Assembly (NCBI GenBank): GCA_964016885.1
Contig: OZ024742.1
Location: 121,024,001-121,088,000, forward strand
Reading direction: 5' to 3'
DNA length: 64,000 bases
Source: Eledone cirrhosa
Taxonomy: Eukaryota
Part shown: positions 26,450 to 37,934 of the stretch, in pieces
Position numbering within the stretch: the first letter of the stretch is position 1
Layout: every line of letters begins with the position of its first letter
Program-made: the position numbers and the translations under genes
Notes under the pieces: generated by a model
Databases searched by the model: none
Told to the model about the DNA's origin: nothing
Seen by the model: the letters and a program-made list of their open reading frames with translations, nothing else

Positions 26450-26984
26450 CTGAAAATGTAAAACATGTCAGCCAATTGTAAATGTTTTTTATACTTACCT
26501 TTCATTATATGATGGCATGCTATGGTTGGCATGCTTATTAGCTTCCTGTATTTTTTTTTCTTTAAGTATTACTCTATATATACATAAGGTTTTATCACAT
26601 GTATATATTTATGTGTGTACATAAAAATACTTTTAAAAAAGTATGATGGTGATGATGATGATGGTGATGATGATGATGACTGTGATGATGATGATGAAGA
26701 GGACGGGGGGAGGAGAAAGAAGATGAAATGAGCATGTGCTTGAGTATGTATATTTATAATTTATACATACATATGTGTGTTTGTGTATGTGTGTTATAAA
26801 TACACATACATCAGAATATGTGTAAATACACACAATCTACTTTGATCTTTGTAAGTATAATAATAAACTGTTAGTCATGCAGAAGTATTTAGGTAGTACT
26901 TCAATATGTTAGTGAAAACTAGTCAGTAGCACTCCTATTCATTTATTCCATAAATTTCTTGGATATTTCATTCTCCATACTTAC

Positions 26985-27052
26985 AGCTTTGTGTTCTCTT
27001 CTCTTCTTTTTAGCTTTATTTTTTGAATTCCCTGGTATCAAAGATTTATTTT
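26985..27052 (-). CDS. Candidate small exon of unknown gene (basic, NLS-like)
   Basis: tttttgttcttttgttAG acceptor, (E)NKSLIPGNSKNKAKKKRREHKA, donor GCT|gtaagtat. Confidence 0.35.
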
Positions 27053-27580
27053 CTAACAAAAGAACAAAAATATTTAGGCAACAAAAGAATTGGAATTACA
27101 TGTTGAGCTTCATGTATTTTCTTAGAAAACAAACAACACACTGAGATAATAAAAAAAAGTTTTAGGGTTGTTTTTTCTGCAAGCTTTATGGATGCCATAA
27201 TATTCTTCTTTGCTTCCATGAATTCAACTGGAGAAGAACTAATGGCTCAGTAAATAGAATATTTGCATATAGCACAAACACAACCATAGTATATATCCTA
27301 TCCAGTCCTGCATTGAGTCTCTATGCAAATCATTAAACTTAATTACAGAATATTTCTGGGATGTAAGTAGTAGGAGTTCTCTATAAATATCAACTGTTTC
27401 ATTAGTTGATAGTCCTGAGTTCAAATTCTACCATGAATATATCTTGGAATGCTTATATTTTACCATAGACTAAACCTGGTTGAACTGTCCTAGTTATATG
27501 AAATGGAATATGAAGATTCTAGCAGTGCTCTGATAACCCAATATATCAAGATGTCTACTCCTTCTGTAGACATGCATGGT

Positions 27581-27621
<41 letters not shown>

Positions 27622-27959
27622 TAATAATTAAAAAGGTGTTAGATCTTTATCATGTTCATTGGGATGTGACGTATGTTTTGCAATTGATCAGCTCCCGGTT
27701 TGATCTGTATCAATCTGGCCCAACTCTGGAATCAAAAGTTCATCATATATGATTATATAAATTTTTTTCAAATAGAAATTATTTTTGCAGGACTAGTGTT
27801 GTTTCATTTGGTTAAAATCATCAGGTTGTATATATATATATACAACCGTTGATCAACAAGATCAAAGACCGTATTCACTTAACGAGTGGAATGGAGCTCG
27901 TCAAATCAGACCAAGGAAACAATGTTTCCATCAGTTTTTCCAATTACTAATACTATCTA

Positions 27960-28102
27960 CCAGTTGCAAATCCAGGCAGAAGGAGCAACATGAAATAAAG
28001 ATTCTTGCTTAAGGACATAACACATCACCCGGTCCGGGAATCAAGCTCACAACCTCATGATTGTGAATCCAATTCTCTAACCCCTCAACCATGCACCTTC
28101 AC
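27960..28102 (-). mobile_element. SINE family B head fragment
   Basis: rc GTGAAGGTGCATGGTTGAGGGGTTAGAG...TGTGAGCTTGATTCCCGGACCGGGTGATGTGTTATGTCCTTAAGCAAGA. Confidence 0.7.
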
Positions 28103-28224
28103 AAATATATATACATACATATATATATATATGAATGTGTGTGTATATGAATGTGTTTATGTGTATGTATATATATATATATATACACATATATATATAT
28201 ATGTGTATATCATCATCAGCTTAC

Positions 28225-28300
28225 ATTTGTTCGTTCATGTTTTCTGCATAAATCTGAGCCATGTGCCCAATCTAAAGCTATCCTTCCACTCTCAGAGATT
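28225..28300 (-). CDS. Candidate small exon of unknown gene
   Basis: cccacaattcttttcAG acceptor, ISESGRIALDWAHGSDLCRKHERTN, donor AAT|gtaagc. Confidence 0.3.
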
Positions 28301-28608
28301 CTGAAAAGAATTGTGGGCATTGATCTTCAATCTGACTAAGAGATGAAAATAAAGGCATAATTACATTGTAAAAGTGATAAGTGATTCAGTTTAATATAAG
28401 AGAGTTTTAATAATCCATTGGAGAAGTTCTTACTGATGAACTGATATCTTATCTAGAGAAAGATTTTTTTTCCATTACCTAATTAATTGGGAAACTGGAC
28501 ATATGAATCAGCTCAGTGATTGGAGAGTTTTGTGCAGAATTTAGTAATTATTTATGCCATTAAATTCATACCATAATTTCATGCTGGTATCTTGGAGAGA
28601 GGTTTGTA

Positions 28609-28837
28609 TTAACCCTTTAGCATTTAAGTGGGCCATATCCGGCCAGAATTCTCTCACCTCTTTCTTTTCAAACTGGCTGATACTGGCCACTCTTACTGAT
28701 GTTAAGGTATTGTTCTCAAAATAAATAATATCAAAATTTCGTAGATTTGATATTATGTGAGATACTTATGTAAGATAAAGCCTTTAGTGTGAAAATACAG
28801 TAGTAAATATAGAGTAATGTAAATGCAAAAGGGTTAA
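28609..28837. mobile_element. piggyBac-type MITE family 1 (~225 bp)
   Basis: TTAA TSD on both sides; TIR CCCTTTAGCATTTA / TAAATGCAAAAGGG. Confidence 0.9.
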
Positions 28838-29429
28838 TCTGAGTAGCAGATATATTGATCTTTACATCAAGCGTACTAAAATTAACATCTATTCCTGTAA
28901 AACTATGGTATATATAGGATTTTACCAACATTTCAACCATCCTCTTACGGAATCACCTATATAACTCACCCACACACACACCCAAACAAATTTTTTTCTC
29001 CCACACGCCACCTACACCCACAACACGCTTAAACACACGTGCTTTCCACCACATATTTACACCCTCAGCCTCCTGATTCCTCCCCCCCACCCCTCTATCC
29101 ACACACGCACAGACACTCCGACCTACAACCCCCCCCCACACACACACACACCTCTTCCTGAACATGCAACCCCGTTCTTCCCCCAACCCTTACTTTCACA
29201 CACACACACACGTACACCTATACATACACACCACCTTCAGCCCTCCCCGCTCGGACACCCCGTCTCCCTCTCCCCACTCCACCCGCCACCACCCCTACAC
29301 ACCCCACACCCTTCCACCACCTGTTTTACCCCTTTTTAATTTCAGTTTATTTTGATCATGCTTTTATATTTAATTTTATTTCATTCCTTGTATTTTGATC
29401 ATGCTTTATTTTTACTTTTATTTTTAATT

Positions 29430-29632
29430 TCATTCGCACCGTTTCCTTTCGCTATATGTCTCTCCACCACTCCCCTACACACCCTTTGAACTCTGTTCCC
29501 ACACACTTCTCACCTGAGGAAGGGCTTATGCCCGAAACGTCGTTCCCCACCACCACCCCACTCTCCAGAGCGTGAAATTAATAAACATTCGTTGTACTGC
29601 CTCTCTGTTTTGTTCCTGTTCAAATTTTTCCA
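29430..29632 (+). mobile_element. Penelope-like element terminal (pLTR) fragment
   Basis: Hammerhead core followed by AATAAA and a T-rich end abutting (TA)n; related copy at 56810-56910. Confidence 0.6.
29508..29545 (+). ncRNA. Minimal type I hammerhead ribozyme motif (Penelope-type)
   Basis: CTGAGGA-A-GGGC(TTAT)GCCC-GAAAC-GTC: both core boxes, stem II and palindromic ACGT stem III; stem I only about 2 bp. Confidence 0.7.
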
Positions 29633-30225
29633 TTATATATATATATATATACATACATATATATATATATTGAATCACAACATATTTCAACTACCTAATC
29701 TCCTCCCTTAAAAGCTACTCCTTAAAGCTTTCAACACATTTGCTCTTTAACCTACTTTTATAATCCTTCATTTAATGTCTCTTTTCCTCTTAGTATATCT
29801 TTATATTTTTATTTAATCTCTTGGTTCACTAAGGTACATTTTTTTGCCTACATTCTATTGCACACATTTGTCATTTGTGTTTTTGTTTTTTTTTCACTCA
29901 CTTCACCACAGATATAAATTTCTACCTCTAAAAGTTTTCTTTTTATTATTCCTGAAGTTTCTCTCATTTTGTACTATGAATTGCCACATCATTGTTGCTA
30001 ATCAATGAAGCAAACAAAATTGGTTTCTATTGACAACATAGCTGTCCATCCATATAGTCCACTTGTCTAATCAACCATTTGAAGGAATATTTACTATGAT
30101 TACATGTTAGTTACATTAAATACAGGCCAAGACATCAAAACCCACTTCCAAGAATCTTTCGGAAACTGTAAATTTTTACTTTTTTAGGGGAGTTAATTTT
30201 CTTTTTTACATTTAATACTAATGTG

Positions 30226-30575
30226 AGTGTAGAGGGTCGGACGCCATGCTTTGCAGCAAAGTGTTACGGCCCTTTATGGTCTGAGTTCAAATCCCACTGA
30301 GGTTAACTTTGCCTTTCATCCTTACGGGGTAGATAAAATAAAGTACCAGTAATACACTGGGATAATTGCTGGCCATGTGCCAAAAGTAGAAACAATTATT
30401 ATTTTATGCATGGGGGTGGAGGATTGGCAGTATCGGTAGAGCGTTGGACACAATGTTTCGTGGCTAAGGTTAGTTTTGCCTTTCATCTTTATGGGGTTGA
30501 TAAAATAAAGTACCAGTAACATACTGGGGTCGATTTAATCGACTTTCCCCTCTCCCCAAAATCATTTGCCTTGTG
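30226..30575 (+). mobile_element. Two tandem SINE family A copies
   Basis: GAGTTCAAATCCC B-box and family A body and tail, followed by a second, internally deleted copy from GGGGTGGAGGATTGGCAGTATCGGTAGAG. Confidence 0.85.
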
Positions 30576-31147
30576 GGAAGCCCAAATGCAGTAACTATAA
30601 CAACAGGCAATCACTATAAATCATACCTTAAAAAAGCAGGTAAAATACCCCTTCAACTGTTGTTACAATTACAGCATTTGGGATTCCCACATTTTCAAAA
30701 TTTCAAATCACCCAGCACTTCAATAATTTACAAAACTTATATATGCATATATATATATAAATATAAGATGTAAGACAAACCACAACAGAAACACAAACTC
30801 TCCATCTCAATTTTACTTTAAAAAATTATAAGAACTGTGAAACGGTAAAGTAAATAAATAAATATTCTTAAAAGACTCCAGTTACATTTTCAATTTCTTT
30901 TCCTTATATATATATACTTGAGGGCGGTTGACCGAGCTAGTAGCTGCTAAATGGTCGGCCGCCCTCATGTCTCTGATTTTCAGCACCATGGATTTTGTTA
31001 TATTTTGAATTCCTGACGATGTCACCGGATTCATACTGAAACCCGGTCATTGAAATGATCATAGTATAATAAACCTTTTAAGGAATTACACCAGTCCAGC
31101 CTCCTGTTATTTTATAATATATATATATATCATCATCACCGTTTAAT

Positions 31148-32255
31148 GTGTCTGTTGAAAATGTATCTAACTTTAGACTGGAAAAAGAATTACATACTTG
31201 GTAGGGTTCAGTTGCCAATCCCCTTTGAAGTAGACTCCATGTGCCTCCACACACTTAGCCCAGTGATCTTTCCACTGTTTAAAGTATGTCTGGAATACCT
31301 CTTCCAGAATGGCTCTCAGCTCCACCATCAAAGCCCACATGATGTCCTTTCAGCTCTCAGGAGCCTTTCAGTGGAATCTTCATCTTTGGCAACAACCAGA
31401 AGTCAGAAGACAGAAGAAGCCATGTCTTGGGGAGTAAGGAGCCTGGCAATAGAATAAAATGTTGTTCTTTGGCAATAAACCTTAGATCAGCTGTAATGAA
31501 TGAGCCAGGGCATTGTAATGATCCAGCTGCCATTTTTGCAAGGCCCATAGATCTGGTCTTTTGTGCCAAACTGCATCACAGACATTGGAAGACTTCCTGA
31601 TAGTACATTTTTGTATATGTTTGTCCTTCTGATGCATATTTGTGATGCACAACACCTCGGTAGTCAAAGAAAGCAGTCAGCATCACCATGATTTTGCTCT
31701 ACACCTGACATACTTTTTTGAACCTTGACAATGTTGGATGCTTCCATTGTGATGACTGAATTTTGTTTTCTAGCTTGTACCCATGCACCCACTTCTCATC
31801 TCCAGTTATTAACCTTTAAGCATTTACATTATTCTATATTTACTTTTGTATTTTTGTGGTAAAGGCTTTATCTTATGTAATTATCTCACTTAATATCGAT
31901 TCTATGAGATTTTGATGTTATTTATTTTGAGAACAATACCTTAACATCAGTATGAGCAACCAGTTACAGCTGGTTTGAACAGAAAGAAGTGAGAGATCTG
32001 GCTGGATATGGCTGGTTTAAATGCTAAAGGGTTAAAGTATTCAAGAACTCAAAGTCATTTAAGGGATTACTGGACAAAATGGAAATGCATTGAATAAGTA
32101 TTGCAGCACCTCACATGCTGGCTGCCTGACAGTGATTGACACATCCATTGAGCTTGCCAAAAACCATGCATGCACATGAATGTATGCGACTCCACTCAGA
32201 ACACTTTTGCCTCTATAATGTCATTTCATCCCACAGAAAAAATAAAGCCCAATAC
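31148..32255 (-). mobile_element. Mariner transposase relic interrupted by a piggyBac MITE
   Basis: Frameshifted DAVWHKRPDLW..WQLDHYNALAHS (cf. HHDNAPAH), YSPRHGF/SDFWLLPKMKIPLKG (cf. YSPDLAPSDF), YFEGD-like C-terminus. Confidence 0.8.
31809..32035. mobile_element. piggyBac-type MITE family 1
   Basis: TTAA TSDs and TIRs; opposite orientation to 28609. Confidence 0.9.
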
Positions 32256-32384
32256 ATATGTGTGTGAATATATATTTCTATATGTATGTTTAAGTATATG
32301 TATGTGGGTCTGTCTCTGGTCATAATATAAGTTTCTTTGTGGTTGATTGGATGATATAAACATCTTCTGATAAGATTTAAAAAT

Positions 32385-32618
32385 CAATAAATCAATCATG
32401 CCGTATCCTCCTTTGAAAACACAGAGCCACTCTCAAGGACAGAAGGCACAGGGAGAAGAAGCACAACACCAAGTCATTAAACCATGACTAGACCTTCAGC
32501 TGCATCCATTGCAGCAATGCTTGCCTGTTCTGCATTGACTTGAACAGCCACGAGTGTGCCTGCAGTCAACATGAACCACCCACTCCATAATCTTCATGAA
32601 GCTAAGTCATGATGATAA
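32385..32618 (+). mobile_element. BovB-like RTE LINE 3' end remnant
   Basis: FSCIHCSNACLFCIDLNSHECACS resembles the terminal C..C.R.C.SRIGL.SH.R.C finger; short (TGA)n tail. Confidence 0.55.
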
Positions 32619-33716
32619 TCTATACTATAACGCTGACGGCCGTATGTATGTAACAAACTTTCTGCCAAACGGCTGGACCAAACAGCACCAAATTTGCACC
32701 ATAGATATAACTTTTCCCAAGTAAAAAATGAGGGTATTTTTGTCTACTGAATTTTGTTAAAAGATTAACGACATTATTTAAATATTCACTTCTTTAAAAT
32801 TTCAAATGTCAACACTTCCGGTTATACGGAATATTCCTCACTTTTTCTTATGACATCGCACAACATTCCCCTCTTTTTCTTAGTCTGTATGTCTGGCTGT
32901 CTGCATTAGATAACATTTTTCAAAATATTTACATCTCCATTCACAGACTGATTTCTTAAGTTTCAGAAGATCACGTTAAGGAAGAAAGCAGCGATTCTTT
33001 GCTTAAACTTTAATCTGCTATTTTAATATATATATTCGTGTACAGATATTTTTGCATACACAAAAACAAAAACCTATTTATTTTACGAAAGCACAGACGG
33101 CTTATCATCATTGTTACTGTTCGAGGTTAGAGGACCACAGTCTTTCAAAGATCTGAGAACCATCAATGGCTATCAATGTTCCACTTACCGTTTGGCTTGC
33201 CAGATGCGTGGTATGTTACACGATGACAGCCATTGGCACCTCACCCTGCAAGAAGCAGCAACTGCTAAAGTCCCTTCTCAGCTGCGAAAACTTTTTGCTA
33301 CTATGCTGCACAACTGTGATCTTGCTGACCCTCTCGCAATGTGGAACAACCACCACGAAAGTCTAGCTGAGGACATCCTCCACCACACACGCAAACACAA
33401 TCCGGACGTAACATACGATGTCGTTTTCAATGAGGCGCTCATTTGTCTTGAAAACAGTGTCCTGGAGATTGCTGGTAGGCCTCTAAGTCACTACAGCTTA
33501 CCTGCTCCTGACAGGAGTGTCCAGAGGTCAATGTCTACAGAGTTTCTCCGCAAGACGAGCTACGAGATCAGTGATTCTCCCATGGTCAATTGTATGTAGG
33601 ATGCTCTAGGGTGAGCTCGCTAAACAATCTCTTCATCTTTGCTCCGGAGGGCCGAACAAAACATATTGTATACTCTGAGGCTCTAACAATCTAATTTAAA
33701 TATTTTCTGTTACTAG
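32619..33716 (+). mobile_element. Internally deleted Helitron with RepHel fragments
   Basis: 5' A|TCTATACTATAA with GTATGTATG and ACGGCTGGACC..AAATTT; RepHel coding pieces; internal modules shared with 47530-48710; 3' end uncertain. Confidence 0.85.
33090..33694 (+). pseudogene. Helitron RepHel helicase fragments (pre-helicase segment fused to PIF1 C-terminus)
   Basis: LLFEVRGPQSFKDLRTING..TYRLAC..RGMLHDD.HW..TLQEAA....PSQLRKLF; then in another frame from ~33574 FSHGQLYVGCSRVSSLNNLFIFAPEGRTKHIVYSEALTI*. Confidence 0.88.
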
Positions 33717-33724
33717 AGTGTAGG

Positions 33725-34218
33725 GGCACCTCTCAAAGGCGATGACACAGGATCGAGGCCTCTGGCATTATGCAGTAATACAGAAGACCCACCTTCTCAT
33801 GAGCCTCAGGTTGAAGCATACATCTGGTATGCACTACTTTCCCTGTTTCTCCCTTCCTTCTTCCTCCCACATCCTAACAGTCCACTCTTCACCCATGCCC
33901 TTACACTCCACCCTTCACCAGCTGTGTGCCCCACCCTAGACCTGACTCTCCAATATCCACCCTACATACATACACCTCCCCCACCCCATCCCCAGTCCAC
34001 ATTGTAAAATGGTCGTCTTGGAGCCACAATAAAAAAACACCCATACCACACTGTAAATGTAGTTGGCATTAGGAAGGAAATCCAGCCATAAAAACCAGGC
34101 TAGAAACAATTCTGTATGAGCAAGACACGGTTATCTGATCTGACTTGTCTCACAGCAGGACAACTCATCTAACTAATGCTAGCATGGAACAATGGACGTT
34201 AAACAGTGATGATGAAGA
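33725..34218 (+). mobile_element. Degenerate RTE 3' end
   Basis: HLSKAMTQDRGLWHYAVIQKT, AGGAAGG..ATCCAGCC motif, GCTAGCATGGAA..GGACGTTAAA and (ATG)n. Confidence 0.8.
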
Positions 34219-34225
34219 TATATAT

Positions 34226-36281
34226 ATCATCATCACCATCATCTTCGTTTAACGTCCATTTTCCACGCTAGCATGGGTTAGACGGGAGTTGTCCCACTTG
34301 AAGCAAGGCTGGTCGGGTGACCGTGTCTCGCTCATATAGGACTATCTGGCAGGTTTTCTACGGCTGGATGCCCTTCCTAACACCAACCACATTTACAGTG
34401 TGGAACTGGGAACTTTTTACCGTGTTACCTACATGGCCACATTACAGCGTGGACGGTGTGTGTTTTTTTTGTCGTGACACCTACACAAACTCGAGCTTAT
34501 TTTCTCATGCTGTTGGTGGGAGTGGGAGGATAGGGTAGGGGTAGTAGATTGGGGTGTATATTTGGTTAAGAGGTGCCTACTGACTGTAGGTTTCGCTTTG
34601 TACATAGGCAAGGCGGGTCTTCTGTATTACTGCATAGCGCCAAAGATCTCAGTCCAGAGACATTGTCTTAGAGAGATGTAAGTGTGTGAGGTCGGAATTT
34701 ATCAGATCATCCCAGGTTTTTCTGGGTCTACCTACTCCGTAACTACCATCAATTTTGATCGCCCTGCACTTTTTTATGCAGCTGTCGTCTTTCATGCGCA
34801 TCACGTGGCCATACCAACGCAGTCTTCTCTCAAGTAAACAACATCTGATCCCTCTTATTCCTAATTTCTCACTTAGTTCATTTATGCTTTGCCGTTCATG
34901 TATATTACTATTACACATCCAACGGAGCATGCATGCTTCGTTCCTTTCCCGTCTACACAGGTCTTCTGCATGTAATGCCCATGTCTCACTGCCATGAGCA
35001 TTGCTGTTCATATACAGGGATCATACAATCTGCCTTTCATTTTTAGAGAGAAACCTTTTGTGGCAAACAGCGGTATAAGCTCTCTGAACTTTTTCCATCC
35101 CGTTCTGACTCTGGCTACTGTACTTTCAGAACTCCCTCCACCACTGCTGATTTCGTCACCCAGGTAACGGAAAGTGTCTACTATTTCTATAGAACCATCT
35201 GGGCAATAGAGGGAGCTAGTATCCTGTGGACACTTGCTATTTATTGCACCTGAGCATTGGCCACATATAAAGTCTACGTTCTTAGATAGTTTACCTGTGA
35301 TCCCACTACATCTTTTATGTACCCATACTTTGCATTTGGGACATAAAATGGAATTTCTGCCTACTCCTTTCCTACACACTGAGCATGACCATTTCCCTGA
35401 GGGAACATGTGCCCTATTTTCCTTTCTACAAACTAGAACTTTAGTCTTAGACAAGTTAACTTTAAGGCCTTTTGATTCTAGGCCATGCTTCCATGTTTGG
35501 AATTTCTTCTCTAGTTCAGCCATTGATTCAGCTATGAGCGTTAGATCATCTGCGTATAGGAGTTCCCATGGGCAGCCGGTCTTGAACTCCACTGTTATAG
35601 CCTGAAGGGCAATAATAAATAAGAGGGGGCTAAGGACAGAGCCTTGATGAACGCCAACTTTTACACTAAATTCTTCACAATATTCATTTTTAATTCTAAC
35701 CTTACTGACTTTCATTATACATAGCTTGTATAGCTCTCACAAGCCATTCATCTACACCTAGTTTTCTAAGAGCCCACCAGATAATGGTGCGGGCGACTCT
35801 GTCAAAAGCTTTCTCCAGGTCTACAAAAGCTAAGTAGATGGGTTTACTTTTAGCTAGGTACTTCTCTTGTAGTTGTCGTACAAGGAAAAAGCGTTTGTGG
35901 TACTTTTACCTGACACAAACCCAAACTGCATTTCATCTAGATCAATTCGCTCTCTGATTAGTTGCGCTATAACTCTTTCTGTGACCTTCATGACCTGGTC
36001 AACTAACTTAATGCCTCTATAGTTTCCCCTATCTAGAGCACCCCCTTTACCCTTGTAGCAGTTAATGATGATGCTGCTATGCCAGTCTGTCGGTATGACC
36101 CCATTCTGTATTACTTGGTTAACTATACGGGTGACCATAGTGTGTCCCACCATACCAGATGCCTTCAACATCTCAGCAACTATCTCCGAAGGCCCAGCTG
36201 CTTTGCCTGTCTTCATATCTTTGATTGCCTTATTTATTATACTACCTTTAACTTGCACCGCTGGTCCTTCTATTGGATATA
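34226..36281 (-). mobile_element. RTE LINE, longest well-preserved copy (RT, PHD finger, C-terminus, 3' UTR), frameshifted and 5'-truncated
   Basis: KTGKAAGPS, YKGKG..NYRGIKL, QFGF, GVHQGSVLSPLLF, LLYADDL, C4HC3 motif, FRYLG, GSETW, LRWYGHVMR, GRPRKTW. Confidence 0.95.
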
Positions 36282-36283
36282 TA

Positions 36284-36829
36284 CATGGTGTCCCCCAAAA
36301 ATGTATACACACTTTGATTACCTGTACAGGCAATATTTATTAGAATGCACAGCCTTTCCCAAAAATATAATGATCTACAGACAATTCAATTGTATGTAAA
36401 CACCCGAAAAATGTTTACATAATTTAAATAATTGTTTACTTTTTGGCACAAGGCCAGCAATTATCCAGTGCATTACTAGTTCTTTATTTTATCGACCCCG
36501 TAAGGATGAAAGGCTAAGTTAACCGTGGCAGGATTTTAACTCAGACTGCAAAGGGATGTAACTCTGTGCAGCAAAGCATGGCGTCTGACCATCTACCGAT
36601 ACTGCCAATCCACGTCCCTAATAATTGTTTCTACTTTTGGCACAAGGCCAGCAAATTACCCAGTGCATTACTGGTACTTTATTTTATCGACCCCGTAACG
36701 ATGAAAGGCAAAGTTAACCTCGGCGGGATTTGAACTCAGATCGTAATAATAATGTATATAAAACAGAATTTATTTTAAAACATTTTTTGTTGCTGTTGAA
36801 GTGTGTATATATTTTTTGGGGACATCCTG
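36284..36829. mobile_element. Tc1/mariner-type MITE containing two tandem SINE A copies (36430-36745, minus strand)
   Basis: About 30-bp TIRs CATGGTGTCCCCCAAAAATGTATACACACTT / AAGTGTGTATATATTTTTTGGGGACATCCTG flanked by TA. Confidence 0.85.
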
Positions 36830-37299
36830 TATATATACCCCTACACAGACATCTGTAAGTGTGTCTGTGTCCAGGCATATGTGTGTGCTAGAAAAAGAGA
36901 GAGAAAGAGTGTGCAAGAGGGTTTAATTATTTAAAGTCTGACAAAGGAATTAAAGTTTTTTGACACAAATTCAGTTCATTATTTCTTTAATTGCCCTAAA
37001 AACGTCAGAAACTGTTCCATGCTTCTAAAATTATTTCATAAAAATATCTTCCCCTTCTCTACCCCCCTCCAATTTTCCTGTTTCTTTCATGTCTTAGCTG
37101 GTGCTATTATTATCTCCATTGTTGTTGTTATCACAATTATTTATCATCATCATCATCCTCATCACCCTCATTAATGTTGATACCCTATTATTTCTTCTTT
37201 GCCATCTTCTTCTCTGTAAGCACCATCTTTGTTAGACACTGCTCTTTCTTCCTCCTCCTCCTCCACCATCATCAATTGACTGATGCCACCATCACCACC

Positions 37300-37338
37300 A
37301 CTATGATGATGATGATGATGATGGTGGTGAGGATAATG

Positions 37339-37369
<31 letters not shown>

Positions 37370-37795
37370 GGCTGATGATGAGGCTGATGATGATGATGGT
37401 GAGGATAATGAGGCTGATGATGATGATGATGATGATGATGATGAGGCTGATGATGAGGCTGATGATGATGATGGTGAGGATAATGAGGCTGATGATGATG
37501 GTGATGGTGAGGATAATGAGGCTGATGATGATGAGGCTGATGATGATGAGGCTGATGATGAGGATGATGATGATGGTGAGGATAATGAGGCTGATGATGA
37601 TGGTGATGATGATGATGAGGCTGATGATGAGGATGATGATGATGATGGTGAGGATAATGAGGCTGATGATGATGGTGATGGTGAGGATAATGAGGCTGAT
37701 GATGATGAGGCTGATGATGATGAGGCTGATGATGATGATGATGATGATGGTGAGGATAATGAGGCTGATGATGATGGTGATGATGATGATGTTGA
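37300..37795. repeat. (ATG)n-derived compound minisatellite with GGTGAGGATAATGAGGCTG subunits
   Basis: Direct. Confidence 0.95.
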
Positions 37796-37934
37796 TTTTC
37801 ATCTTCTCCATCATCTCCATCATCACCAATGCCACCTCACATCCCATCATCATCATCACCATCATCATCATCCTCATCTCTATTGTTCTTTAATTAGGAT
37901 CTCCCATTTCCTCACCATTATTGGTTCTGTTGTC

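Noticed and set aside
34226-36333. Active, intact LINE
   Set aside because: No endonuclease domain, at least two frameshifts, and the 5' end is capped by a MITE
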